Shown piece by piece: positions 21,680-33,899 of a stretch of 64,000 nucleotides of DNA. Position 1 is the stretch's first letter. Every line of letters begins with the position of its first letter. This DNA is from Octopus sinensis (Eukaryota): NCBI RefSeq assembly GCF_006345805.1, contig NC_043001.1:85436001-85500000 (forward strand). The letters are read 5' to 3'. A model generated the notes under the pieces. That model made no database searches. It worked only from the letters and a program-made list of their open reading frames with translations, and was not told the origin of the DNA. The position numbers and the translations under genes are program-made.

Positions 21680-23160
21680 TGTTTGTGAATTCGTTACTGT
21701 GACTCCTCTGAGACTATCCAACAGAGCTTGATGAAACTTGACGCGTTTGAGAGGATTATGCCCATGCGGTCACTTAGGCACTTGGAATTTTAAAAAATCG
21801 ATTTTTAATCACCATCAATTTTTCAAAAGTCGTAAAATTTCAGCGTTTTCCGTACAAGCCATCGTGACATCAATTTGACGAAAAATGTCGTAATTTGACG
21901 AAAAATGCCGAAATTAGAAGAAAAATATTTCATGGGTATAAACAGACAGCTTATCAACAGTAAACGAATCTTTTCCTTTTGAACGGCAGACAATTTCTAG
22001 TTAACTAAACACTTTAAAACTTCGTATACTGGTAGAATGTGTCAAAATAAAACATTTTTTTTCTCTTGGCTTTCTTGAGAAAATTGTAATTTGTTTGTTT
22101 AACGTAGTTTAATTTTTCGAATTTTAACCAATCCTATGCCCTCTTTTGAGCTAAAATCATTTGCTGCGTCTAAAACTGAGACAACATCCTGTCACTACCC
22201 CTCAACCTAACCCTAACCCATTTTTTTTTCTTAATTGTTAAATTAATTTAATTGCTACACGTGTAAAAAACCGAAAGCAATGGAAAATGATTTAAATAAT
22301 TAACAAACAAAATAATTTTATAACTTTATACACACGCTTTCCGTAACACACGCTTTTCGTATACGTACGGAAAGCGTGTGTATAAAATTATAGAATTATT
22401 TTGTTTGTTAATTGTTTAAATCATTTTCCATTGCTTTTGGATTTTTTTACATGCGTAACAATTAAATTAATTTAACAATTAAGAAAAAAAAAATTAGGGT
22501 TAGGGTTAGGGGGAGGTGTATGGTTAGTTACAGGATGATGTCTCAGTTTTAGACGCAGCAAATGATTTTAGTTGAATGGAGGTAATCGATTGGTTAAAAT
22601 TGCCGAAATGCTCGGATTTTCAGACGAAATATCTTACAAACTATAGAATTTTCTCAATAAAACCAAGAGAAAATGATGTTTTATAAACACATTCTACCGG
22701 TATACGAAGTTTAAAAGTGTTTAGTTAACTAGAAATTGTGTTGACATCTGCCGTTCAAAAGGAAAAGATCCCGGTAAACTATTTAGCATTTGCGAATTTT
22801 TCATTTCAATGGGAATTGTTTTCATTTGCTAAAACATAGGTTTTCAATTCGTTGTTTTAATTCCCCAGCGTTTCAGGTTTTGAATAGGTAAGATCATTTT
22901 ATTTCTTAAGCAAAATTTAGGTATTTTGTACACTAACCATCGGGACATCAATTTGACGAAATCTGCCCCATGGCGTAAAATTTTGCCATTTTACGTTCAT
23001 GCATAAAAATGACGACGACACGGGTTCGCTTCTAGACACTGCTCATTTTTTTTTTTCGTCAGATTGCTCCTAACCATAAATATAGATTTAAAATTTTTGA
23101 AAAATGCCGAAATTTGATTGTTTCATGACTATAAACAGACATCTTTTACCAGGTACCTCA
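21680..23160 (+). repeat. Older repeat interrupted by the foldback element; contains a direct duplication
   Basis: GACATCAATTTGACGAAA at about 21867 and 22944; AAAATGCCGAAATT...TATAAACAGACA at about 21902 and 23101. Confidence 0.45.
21966..22771. mobile_element. Foldback non-autonomous DNA transposon, almost fully palindromic, 8-bp TSD, short CCCTAA/TTAGGG tracts in the arms
   Basis: Termini GAATCTTTT...AAAAGATCC; flanks CAGTAAAC and CGGTAAAC; terminal ~100 bp homologous to 18203-19014. Confidence 0.85.
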
Positions 23161-23486
23161 GTTAGTTACATAATAAACGTAACTCCTATCACGCGTGTTG
23201 AGTGCCACTTTTACTCATTTGTCCATCCACACACACACATACACACACACGCACGCGCACACAGATATGCACGTACACACACACACACTCACTTTTTGTC
23301 TCTCTATCTCTCGCACACTCATACGAACACACGCTTTTATAAGCGTATGTGTAAACAATATGAGTTCGCGAATTAAGAATTAAATTCTTAACGTAATGTA
23401 CATTTATCAGTTTCTTTGGGAGTTCAAATCCTACTGCCATCAGTTCTTCTACCTACTACCCAAAATTATTATTAATTTGTTCGTAA

Positions 23487-23990
23487 GGCGGCGAGCTGGC
23501 AGAAACGTTAGCAAGCCGGGCGAAATGCGTAGCCGTATTTCGTCTGCTGTTACGTTTTGAGTTCAAATTCCGCCGAGGTCGACTTTGCTTTTCATCCTTT
23601 CGTGGTCGATTAAATAAGTACCAGTTACGCACTGGGGTCGATATAACCGACTTATCCGTTTGTCTGTCCTTGTTTGTCCTCCCTGTGTTAGCCCCTTATG
23701 GGTAGTAAAGAAATAGGTATTTCGTCTGCCGCTACGTTCTGAGTTCAAATTCCACCGAGGTCAACTTTGCCTTTCATCCTTTGGGGGTCGATAAATTAAG
23801 CACCAGTTACGCCCTGGGGTCGATGTTATCATCTTAATCCGTTTGTCTGTCCTTGTTTGTCATCTCTGTGTTTAGCCCCTTGTGGGTAGTAAAGAAATAG
23901 GTAATTCGTCTCCCGCTACGTTCTGTGTTCAAATTCCGCCGAGGTCGTCTTTATCTTTCGTCCTTTTTCTCCCAAAATTGCTGGACTAAT
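23487..23990 (+). mobile_element. SINE trimer: one full unit plus two head-truncated tandem units
   Basis: Junction GGGTAGTAAAGAAATAGGTA(T/A)TTCGTCT occurs at about 23701-23727 and 23884-23911. Confidence 0.9.
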
Positions 23991-24039
23991 GTCAAAATCT
24001 TAAACTGGTATTTGAGATATGCCGCTTTATTATTGCGTT

Positions 24040-24340
24040 TTGTGATTTTAATTTTGATTTGAGAAACCTAATGTTCTTTATTAACGCAGACCCAATATTC
24101 GACAGATGGATGTAGAGTACATTCATCACCTGGACATGTGAACATACAACTTACAAGGATCTCCGTAATATTCCCGCCAACGATTCACCCTATGAAGTGG
24201 CGAGCCAGAAGCATCAGAGTATAGCATGAGATCTTTGTAGTACGTAATAAGAACTCTTTATGTCTAAATTTAAATAATGAATGATGTACAGCTGAGGAGA
24301 ACCCGGCACACAGAACCCGAAATGGTATGTGTTATAAGAC
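24040..24340 (+). mobile_element. Probable PLE 3' end with degenerate hammerhead-like motif
   Basis: ELFMSKFK resembles a GIY-YIG domain end; it is followed by GTACAG-CTGAGGA-G...C-GAAA-TGGTATGT at 24286-24330. Confidence 0.35.
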
Positions 24341-25979
24341 CTCTGCAGAGCATTGCTGCCTGGTAAATGAAAACTCGAACTTAGTGATGCATAGAATAAA
24401 AGCGTAATTGTTCTGTTGATATATAGCCATTAAGCGATCTCAGAAAGACAAGGTACTCTCGAAAGATCAATAGTTTCGAGTTTGACATGCTCCTGTTCAA
24501 ATGAGTGCCACTGGTTAAATCTTTGTCGTACTCTATCGCAATATGGGCATATTGTTGTTGTTATTTTTATTATTATAATTGCCTTTGCACAGTTTCTAAC
24601 GTTGATGCAATGTTCTCAGTTACTGGAAAAGTGATGAATTTTCTTTGATGATGCCTACGTTTGCCCCACAGTTTGGAGCGGGAATTTCGTAGTGTTGTCA
24701 TACATTTGTTGTATATGTCTGAATCAATGATAATGTTTTTAAACCAATTGAATAAATTTAATTGTTTTATAATGTTTAAGCGACCGAGAGTTGGTCTAGA
24801 CAGCTTAATTGCACGCTGTTGTAGATTAGTGCTTTCAGCTGGACAAAGGCCAGTGTCATCTTGACCTTTCGGTGTACAGAAACAATAGCCAGTACGAAAG
24901 AAGGGAAGATAACACCCGTAACGATTTTCTTAAATCAACTGCAATGTTGGATATTTTGTACTTTAGGAACATGTGAATAATCCCCTTTATATATAAAGCT
25001 ACAGTATATTACTATTGGCAATATCAGAGAATTTTTCCAGGAAGAAATTTAATGGAAATCTACTGGAATGCAAGATGATTGAATATAGGTGCGTTTACTA
25101 TTATGAAGCACATATGTCATGGCGTATGTTTACGTTCCTTTATATTCTGAGTCCAGATTTACACTCGACTACTCTCTCTTTCATCCTTCCCAAACAACTT
25201 GTGTACTTGTCAATACAATAATTTTTGAGATCATATAATTCGACTATAATCTAGAAGATGGTTCGGCATCAATGCCACCGATGTATCTAAAGCTGAGAAA
25301 AATTAAAGAATTTGAAGTAAGAATGGAAGATACACTTAACTTTATCGTACTTAGAGTATGTATGAACTCAACAAATTCTTCCTTTGGCTGAGCTATCATT
25401 TAGTTGTAGTACATCATTAATATGGTCGAAGAGGTTCCATTCGTTAAATTCCAGACATTTTCAAGACGTGGGTCAAAAGTCTTAAGGTTAAAATTAACAC
25501 CACTACAGCTACTAACATGAAAACAGGCAAAATGGATAAGAGCAAAATAACGCTATAAACAGTCGCAGGAGATTTAAGTTGACGATACAATTCTGTGTAC
25601 AACTCTACTAGCCACAGAATAAAGTGCTAAGGCTGACAGGGCTATTTTGTGTAAGGTACACATAATATAAATATATTGTTTTCGTTGAGGCCGTGACAGA
25701 CAAATACATCGAATAGAAATAATAGAGTCGTACACGATTTAGATAAATATATACTTACATATAAGAGTCCAAGGAATCTAATGCCCTTCGCTTAGTTTTT
25801 TCTTGGGGCTGGCCTGATTAAAGCAATCTGGAGTGTAACCAGTCCAAATTGCAAGAATAATGACCTGTCCTTGTTTTCTTTGTATCATCTGTCTGGATGT
25901 TTTGCGGTCTTGTCCCATTTTGTATTTTATATATATGATACACACACACACACGCACATATATATACATATATGCATAC

Positions 25980-26085
<106 letters not shown>

Positions 26086-26324
26086 GATAGATAGATAGAT
26101 AGGTAGATAGATAGATAGATAGATAGATTCTCAAGAAATTTCAACAAACGCCAGAATGTAACCGAGCAAGACAAATGAAAAGATACAAAATTTGGCAATA
26201 AACTCCATACCTTAGGTTTGGCTATTAACGGTCACTAATGTGATTGTCCACAGTAAGCTAGGCCACTGGTTTAAATTGATATTTATTAATAATATTCATT
26301 TCTACTCTCATTATTTAACTTTGA

Positions 26325-27584
26325 TATATCAGCAAGAAAGTAATTTCATTTTTTCCAAATAGATCGTTACGTTCTTTTTTATGACTTTATCAATGTTATG
26401 ATGTTTTTACTTTTGACATTTGATAGCTGTCACTTTTAACTAACTTTAGAAGCAAATTGCGAGTAATTTTAGTTATAGTTGCTAGTTTAGTGTTAATTTT
26501 AACATGGAGTGCAAAAACAAACATTTTCGGCATATTTTGCTTTCTTATTTCCCTAAAGGCAAGAATGCTGCTGAGGCTCATAAAGACATATGTGAGGCTT
26601 ATGGGGTTGATTGCTTAACAGAATGCACGTGTCAGAAATAGTTTTCAAATTTTTGTTCTGGAGATTTTTTACTAAAAGATAACCAAATTTCTGGTCGACC
26701 TACTGATATTGATGATGACCGAATCAAATACATAAATGAATGTGATTGTCAGATAACTGTGCAAAATATTGCAGTGAGGTTAAATATATCACACACAACT
26801 GAAAATCACTTAGAATGTCTTGGAGTCGTTCAAGAAGCTCCATATTTGGGTTCCACATAAACTGAAAGAGATCCAACTAACACCACGAATCAATATTTGC
26901 GGCATGCATCTCAAGCGCAATAAAACCAAGACGTTTTTTTTAAAACGAGTCATCAGTGGAGATGAAAATGGATTGTCTACAATAACATCAATCGAAGACG
27001 ATCATGGTCTAAGCACAAAAAATATCAAAAGCTGAATTTTATCAGAAAAACTACATGCTGTCAATCTGGTGGGATTGCATTTCGAGCTGCTTCCAAGGAA
27101 CCAAATCATCAATTCAGATGTTTACTGTCAACAACTAATGAAACTGGAGGAAGCATTCTAAGAAAAACGGTCATAATTGGCAAATCGTAAAGGAATCGTG
27201 CTCCACCATGACAACGTTAGACAACACAGGTTTTTGCTAACTCCTGAAAAATTATTGGAGCTTGGATGGGAAGTGATGTCATATCCACCATATAGCCCTG
27301 ATCTTGCACAATCGGATTACCATTTATTTCAATGCTTGCAAAATTGTTTGAATGCTAACACTTTCGATAAAAACGATGACCTGAAATTGCACTTACTTTA
27401 TGCTTTGGCAGATAGAGACCAGAAATTCTATGGGCGCAGAATCATAAATTTGCCAGAAAGATGTCAAATGGTCATATAACAAAATGGAAAATGTATATAA
27501 TTAATTAAAGTTTATTCTTTGTATGAAAGAAAATGGCTTTTATATCAGACTAAGGAAACTGAAATTACTTCCTTGCCAACCCAG
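26325..27584 (+). mobile_element. mariner transposon (DD34D), full-length pseudogene
   Basis: ATG at 26504 (MECKNKHFRHILL...), WVPHKL, ISGDEN, HHDNVRQH...YSPDLAQSD with 34-residue D-D spacing; GCAAG(A/G)AAGTAATTTC TIRs; several frameshifts and stops. Confidence 0.93.
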
Positions 27585-28125
27585 TATATATATATATATA
27601 TATACAGATAGATAGATAGATGTGTATGCGTGCGTGTTCCGATGTGTGTGTGTGTATGCATGCGCGCTCAAGTTGGTATGTCTATTATTAACTATTATTA
27701 ACTATTATTAATCCTTTACCTTCTCTATTGCAAATTGTTGCGCGATAGTGACTTTCTCCCTCTATAAGAAAGTATGTGGCGATTTCTTTTAACATCAGTT
27801 TCTCAGACGAATCAGATATCTATTACTTGGTCTTCCATCGACCATTAATACATACATAGAGAATACTGCTACAGACGCTGTCGTCAGACTGTCGGCATGT
27901 CCGTTTATAGATAGTTATTTTTATGCACAAAAAAATAAAATATATCGTGTAAGATGTTCAGATCTGTTCAGGAAAATCTCCGTGATTATATGTGATGAAA
28001 TCATATATATAGCGTGAAAACTGAAACTGACAACACACGTGACATATTCCAATTTATGTGCCCAACCTGGAGAAATGAATGTCTGACAATCTGGTGAAAT
28101 ACTCTCCAATCATATATTCTGGAGT

Positions 28126-28432
28126 GGAGGTGCAATGGCCCAGTGGTTAGGGCAGCGGTCTCGCGGTTCGAGTATCGCAGTTTCGATTCTCAGACTTGGT
28201 GTTGTGTGTGTTTATTGAGCGAAAATACCTAAAGCTCCACGACGCTCCGGCAGGGGGCGCTGGCGACCCCTCTTGTACTCTTTTGCCCCAACTTTCTGTC
28301 ACCTTTTCTCTCTGGTTCTTGAGTAACGTTGGACTGGCGTTCCGTTCAGCTGGGGAGAACACATACGCCACAGAAACCGGGAAACCGGGCCCACAAGCCT
28401 GGCCAGTCTTGAAAAGGGCGCATAAATAAAAA
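28126..28432 (+). mobile_element. tRNA-derived SINE (GGCGCAATGGCCCAG-head family)
   Basis: Homologous to the copies at 11383 and 13728; A-rich tail. Confidence 0.85.
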
Positions 28433-31400
28433 ATATATATATATTCTGGAAGTCAGGAAACAGGGAAATGTACCTGAAATTTGGCAAAGAACTTGGTCTG
28501 ATTAAAAGAAAAATAGCCCGCCAAAAAACCCTGGAATCCCAGGATGTCAGCAGACATATGAAGACCAATGGCCATGAGTAGAAAAATTTGCAGTAAATTG
28601 CCGTTACTGATTGAAGCTTATTATCATATGCAAGTAAGAAAATGACACACGCGCACATACATACACACACAAACATACGAGCTCGCACGCACACACACAC
28701 ACACACACACATCCATACGTACATGCTGAACACCTTATGTTAATGTTTGGTCACTGTTTATTGTCTGCTAATTGTCAGGCAACGCTTATGTTTTACACGC
28801 TTTCGACATAACCCGATTGAATGTTACTCCTTTGGTGTCGAAAGATAATAATATACGTCAGGCAGCAGAAAGAGGGATGTATGAGTTTGACATGCTTGTT
28901 TATTTGTGAGTGTAAACCATTTTATATGAGGTTCTTGTTCATCCTTAGTTGTCCTTCAGTGAGATTTTAGCTATTGGGTTTTAGGGTTAACCGTGATCAG
29001 ACCGCTCTTGGTTTCCTAGTTTATGTTGGTTCTGTTGTGTGAATCTAAAACATAATGGCATCGCGTGCTTGTACTTCTTTCAAATTCTAACTGCGGTAAG
29101 GTTTATATTTTTTTAGGTATTTTATAATATATGGAACTTTTGCTGCATATATATAGCTGTGGGTGAGTGTGATTCTAATTGATTTAATTCTATATTATTC
29201 CTTACATTCAAGCATTCGTCTGCATCTATTTTGTCTTGTTTCCTTCATTCTCTATCTCTATGGGAGCCTGAGAAATGCAAAAAGAGAGAGACAGGAGAGT
29301 GATAAAACAAACAGAGAAGAGATAAATGTGGAAAAATTTAGAATATTCAATACATTAAACATTAAATGTGAATTGCGTTGAAGATTGCTAGCAAAAAGAA
29401 TATGTGCAGATAATATAATTAGGTTAGGGAAATTATTATAAATTTATTAATCTATCTACTTATTTATTTATTATATTTACCAATTTATTTTTTATTATAT
29501 GTAATTGGTAAACAGATATGAGCGTGTGAACTCGTAGCAAATTGTATTTGTTCGTAGATCATTTAATCATATTTCTTCAAAAATAGCACGCCTTAGAAAG
29601 GAAATGTTGGCTGTTTGTTCTTCTCTTACCCGATTCAAAATTTAATTTAAAACCAAAATGATTTCTACTGAGAAGTATTATTTAAATGGAACCTTATGGA
29701 TTGTCCTCAGTAGCATTTAACTCTTCAGTGATAATACTGCAACCGTACCACTTTATGTAATAAAACTGTGATAATACACTTAATAGTAATTTTGTCTCAA
29801 ATAAAACTGATACATCATAAATTCAGTTTATGTTGTAACAATAACAATTAACTTCCGAATAACAAGACGACAAACGTAGATTTATGTCGAATGTGAAATA
29901 TTTTTGACGGCAAAACTTTTCTCAAAAATACTCAGTTCGCAAATAAAATAATCGTTTCTGAAGTAGGCATAAAGCCAACTCGATAATCTCGCAACTAGAA
30001 CTTTATTTTATCGAACACAAGGTAATCCGGTAAAGCTAAAGTTGACCACAGCGCGTTTGAGTACAGACTCAGACATTCAAGAATCGAAACAAATGCCATA
30101 AACCATTCGTTCCAACGCCGTAACGATTCTACCACCCCACTACCTCATAGGAGTTAGGTATGAGGAAAGGAATAACTTATCCATGGTGGCTAAATCTGGT
30201 AAAAAGTAGAAACCAAATTCCCTGAATAATGCGCTACTATCTTGAAACATAACTAACATATTGGATATGACCATTCAAGTTACATATATATGAGTGGATT
30301 GGTCATAGGTTCGCTTTATCATTTCTTTCATGGCACCAAATAGCAAATCTATAATGTAACCAATAGTCACCGTTTAAAAACTAAAACAGTTGTTTAGTTA
30401 TATAGTAGTAATGCATTCTGATCTTATATAATAATTGTTTAGTCCAGGATTGGGAGTTAACTCATTTCCATGAACTTTCCATGAGTTTTAATGGAAAGTT
30501 CATTTCCTTGAACTTTCCATGAGTTTATCACGATATAACTAGGCACCACATGATCATAAAATTCTTTGATCATAGAATTGTAGACTAATTAGAGTAGAGA
30601 ACATGCATTTCACTGACTTCCAAAGTTTGTTCAGCTATTCGCTTAATTAATTTGTTCAGCAAAATGTACGGTGTCCTACAGAGTTCAAGTACGTGTAACT
30701 GCAGCGCCGAATGAAATTTGAAATATAAATCTCTGATATATGGATAGAAGCATTTCCTATTTTATCAGAGATTTGATAAATTAAGTATCTTTTCGAAGTT
30801 TCCAAGTGTATTTCTAGGATGCGTATATATGCACTAATATAAACGCATACACCCACAGACACACACACATACTCACGCACGCACATATAGGCATGGACCC
30901 TCCCGGGTAGTAGTAAGTACCATTCGTGTTGTATATTCGGTTCAAATACTTGATCCTAACACACGATACGTAAGAGCTTAGAATTTTGAGAAAATTATGA
31001 AAGAAGAAAAGTTACAAACTCCTACGTTTTAAATTAGATGCAGCTATGCCGCTAAAGTCTCTGTTATGAAGATCGCAGTTGATGTACCCTACCATCTCAT
31101 TTATTCCATATAAATGTCACCTGGTATGTCTTCGCCTCTTTTTCTTCTTCAATCACATTTGTTGACGGTGTTTCGATCAAAGACATCGGTGTACATTCTT
31201 AATGTCTAAACAGATAGCCCTGTTTGCTCATTGGTCTGCTAAAAAGAGCAAGTAAAAAGCTCTCAAATCACATCAGAAATACTTAAAAAGGAAGGGTGAT
31301 ATGTTTATTCAAGATAATATTGACCAGGATATATCTTACATTTAGCAGAAATTCGAGATTGTTACGGCTGGAATAGCGTGACTCTTAATTAGTCTGTCTG

Positions 31401-31638
31401 CTATAACAGAATGGCTGTGATCTATGACTTAACCCCAATGGCAACGTCAACAGCATACTTTATAGAGCAGATGCATTATTGCATATATTACTTCGCCACT
31501 CGTGTTCACCTCTAGACGTTCATCTAGTAATAAGTTGTATCAAATTTACTATCTTTGAAGATCGTTCCAATACATGGCTGCAGCCTTACTTATTTTCACT
31601 GACTAAATAAAATAATGTCAATATTTGTGTTCTTGTAA

Positions 31639-32041
31639 GGCGGTGACTTGGCTAAATGCTTAGCGGCATTTCGTCCGTCTTAACCTTATGAGTTCCAATT
31701 CCGCCGAGTTCGACTTTGCATTTCATCTTTTCGTGTTCAATGAAATAAGAACCAGCTGAGTACTTGGGTCAACATGATCTACTTTACACCTCCTCCCAAA
31801 TTGTTGGCTGTGTGCTAACATTTGAAATCAATAATTATGTTCTTATGAGGCGGTGAGCCTGCAGAATCGTTAGCGGCATTTCGTCAAACATTCTCAGTTC
31901 TAATTCTACCGAGCTAGACTGTACGTTTCATCCTTTCGGGGTCAATGAAATAAGTACCAGTTGAAAACTGGGATCGATGTTATAGATTTAGGCCCTCTCA
32001 TAAAACTGCAGGACTTATGCCAACGTTTGAGACAAATAATT
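31639..32041 (+). mobile_element. Two adjacent diverged SINE copies (GGCGG-head family)
   Basis: Heads at 31639 and about 31849, each followed by the TTTCATCYTTTCG core. Confidence 0.75.
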
Positions 32042-32508
32042 GTATTGATCACATGACACCATCGGCCTTGTGTATGATATGAAGGGATCATTAGCAAAAT
32101 ATATTTAAACCGGCAGGGAAGACATTGATACCAGAGCTAGTAGAAACTGTAACAAAATGCGTTGCAGTATTTAATCGTGTTATTTTAAGTTTTATGATTA
32201 AATCAAACCAAATTCCAATTTCGCTCGCATGTCTCGCGAAGCAACATAATAAAGATTGCAACAGTATATCCGGTGTCAATTCAATTGAAAACATATTTCA
32301 TCCATAAAACTGATACACACCCCACACGAATATATTATCCATTACAACACAAGTGCAATACAAATATCACATAAACCCACATACACAAAAGCTACTTCTC
32401 ATTAACATGAACGAGAAGTTTTATATTTGTTGAAAAGACTATATGGTACACTTATTTGAAAACTGCAATTTAAAAAGTCTAGTAACAAAGAACATTCCAG
32501 AATGAGTA

Positions 32509-33380
32509 CAAATTCTGATCACTAAGTATCCAGACTGTTGCAATAGTAACGGAGCTAGAGCATGCAGAGATCTGCTTAGCACAGATTGACCATGAACGCT
32601 ACTGTACGTGGGCACTAAGTTTCAGAATTCTAGCTCAGATTCCCTGTTTACAGAAGTGCTTGGAAGGAAAGTGTGTAGCATGTGATCGTCGCACTGACAG
32701 AAAAAGTTCAGCTGAGAATCTGTATTAAATTTTGCCAAAAGCTTGGCAATACCTGCTCAGAGACCTACGCAAAGTTTTCAAAAAGTATTCATTTTTTTCG
32801 ACACAATAAAGAAGACCTTGTGCAACCGAAACCCGAGTATCATTTTGGTTAGCTGAAAGCAGTTTTGACACAAACTTGGCAGACACGCATCTCATACCCG
32901 AATCTTCAGTGATAACAGGCTGAACTGAACTGTAACTAATATGCACTTCCTCTGATAACTCATGGATTGTGATTCGACGATTACCCCTCACAGCTGCACG
33001 CACATCTGCGATGTTTCTCTCAGTCCTGCTGGTTGTGGATCTCCCAGAACGTTCGTGAATGTCGACATTTTTCGTCTATCTCGGAAATATATGAGCCATT
33101 CGTACACTTGTGTGCGGCTCATAAGCTCCTCTCCATACACTTTGTGCAACTTGGCGTAGACCTCTGTATCACCATAACGACATTCTCTGTCATGGTCAGC
33201 GCGACGATCACACACCTTCCTTCCAAACATTACTATAAACAGCGGAAGTGAGCTACAACGTTAAAACCTTGTGCGCATGCTCAGCAGAGTTTAATGTCAA
33301 TCTTTGGCCAGCGGCTTTACTGTGCATGATTTAACGTCGTTACAATGGCAACAGTCCGGATACCTATTGAAAAGATCTCG
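32509..33380. mobile_element. Non-autonomous mariner derivative built from two inward-facing 5' ends
   Basis: TIRs CTGATCA..AAGTATCCRGACTGTTGC. Plus strand starts LRICIKFCQKLG; minus strand carries VYAKLHKVYGEELMSRTQVYEW...RRITIHELSEEV...SAKFVSKLL. Confidence 0.85.
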
Positions 33381-33899
33381 TATTGTGTTTTGAAGTAGCA
33401 CTGAAAATCATTGTAGATGTACCGTGATTTTCGTTCTGATAAAAAACCCAGAGCTCCTTGTAATATTTGTGTTTTGGTAGCATAAAACAAAAAAATAGAC
33501 ATTGAAAGTTTTAATTTCCCAACAGTTTTACAGTCCCTAAGCATTTATGCGAACTTTGATAAAACTCGTACGGAAATCAAGTCACATCGCTACCACAACA
33601 TGCCAGAAATATATCATTTACCTTTTACGTATTACATTTAACGCACTACTGCCGTGCTGAGCACCACATGGCTTTGTTGGACAAAAGTACCCCGGTGCTT
33701 ACTTTCTTCAGCCTATTGTTTTCTTTTACCGAAACACTATGTCACGGATACACAAACAAACCATCAAATATTGTGGGGAGAACAAACATAGACACAAAGA
33801 CACACATGCGTACATATACGCATACATACCTACATACCTACATACATGCATATTGGCCAGAAATCTTGAAATAAAATTGAACAATAGCATGCATACATA

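Noticed and set aside
23487-23990. CRISPR-like or satellite array
   Set aside because: The units are ~185-bp SINE bodies without unique spacers, in a eukaryotic context.
27870-27890. Minus-strand CTGACGA-CAGCGTCTG as a hammerhead
   Set aside because: No GAAA follows the hairpin.
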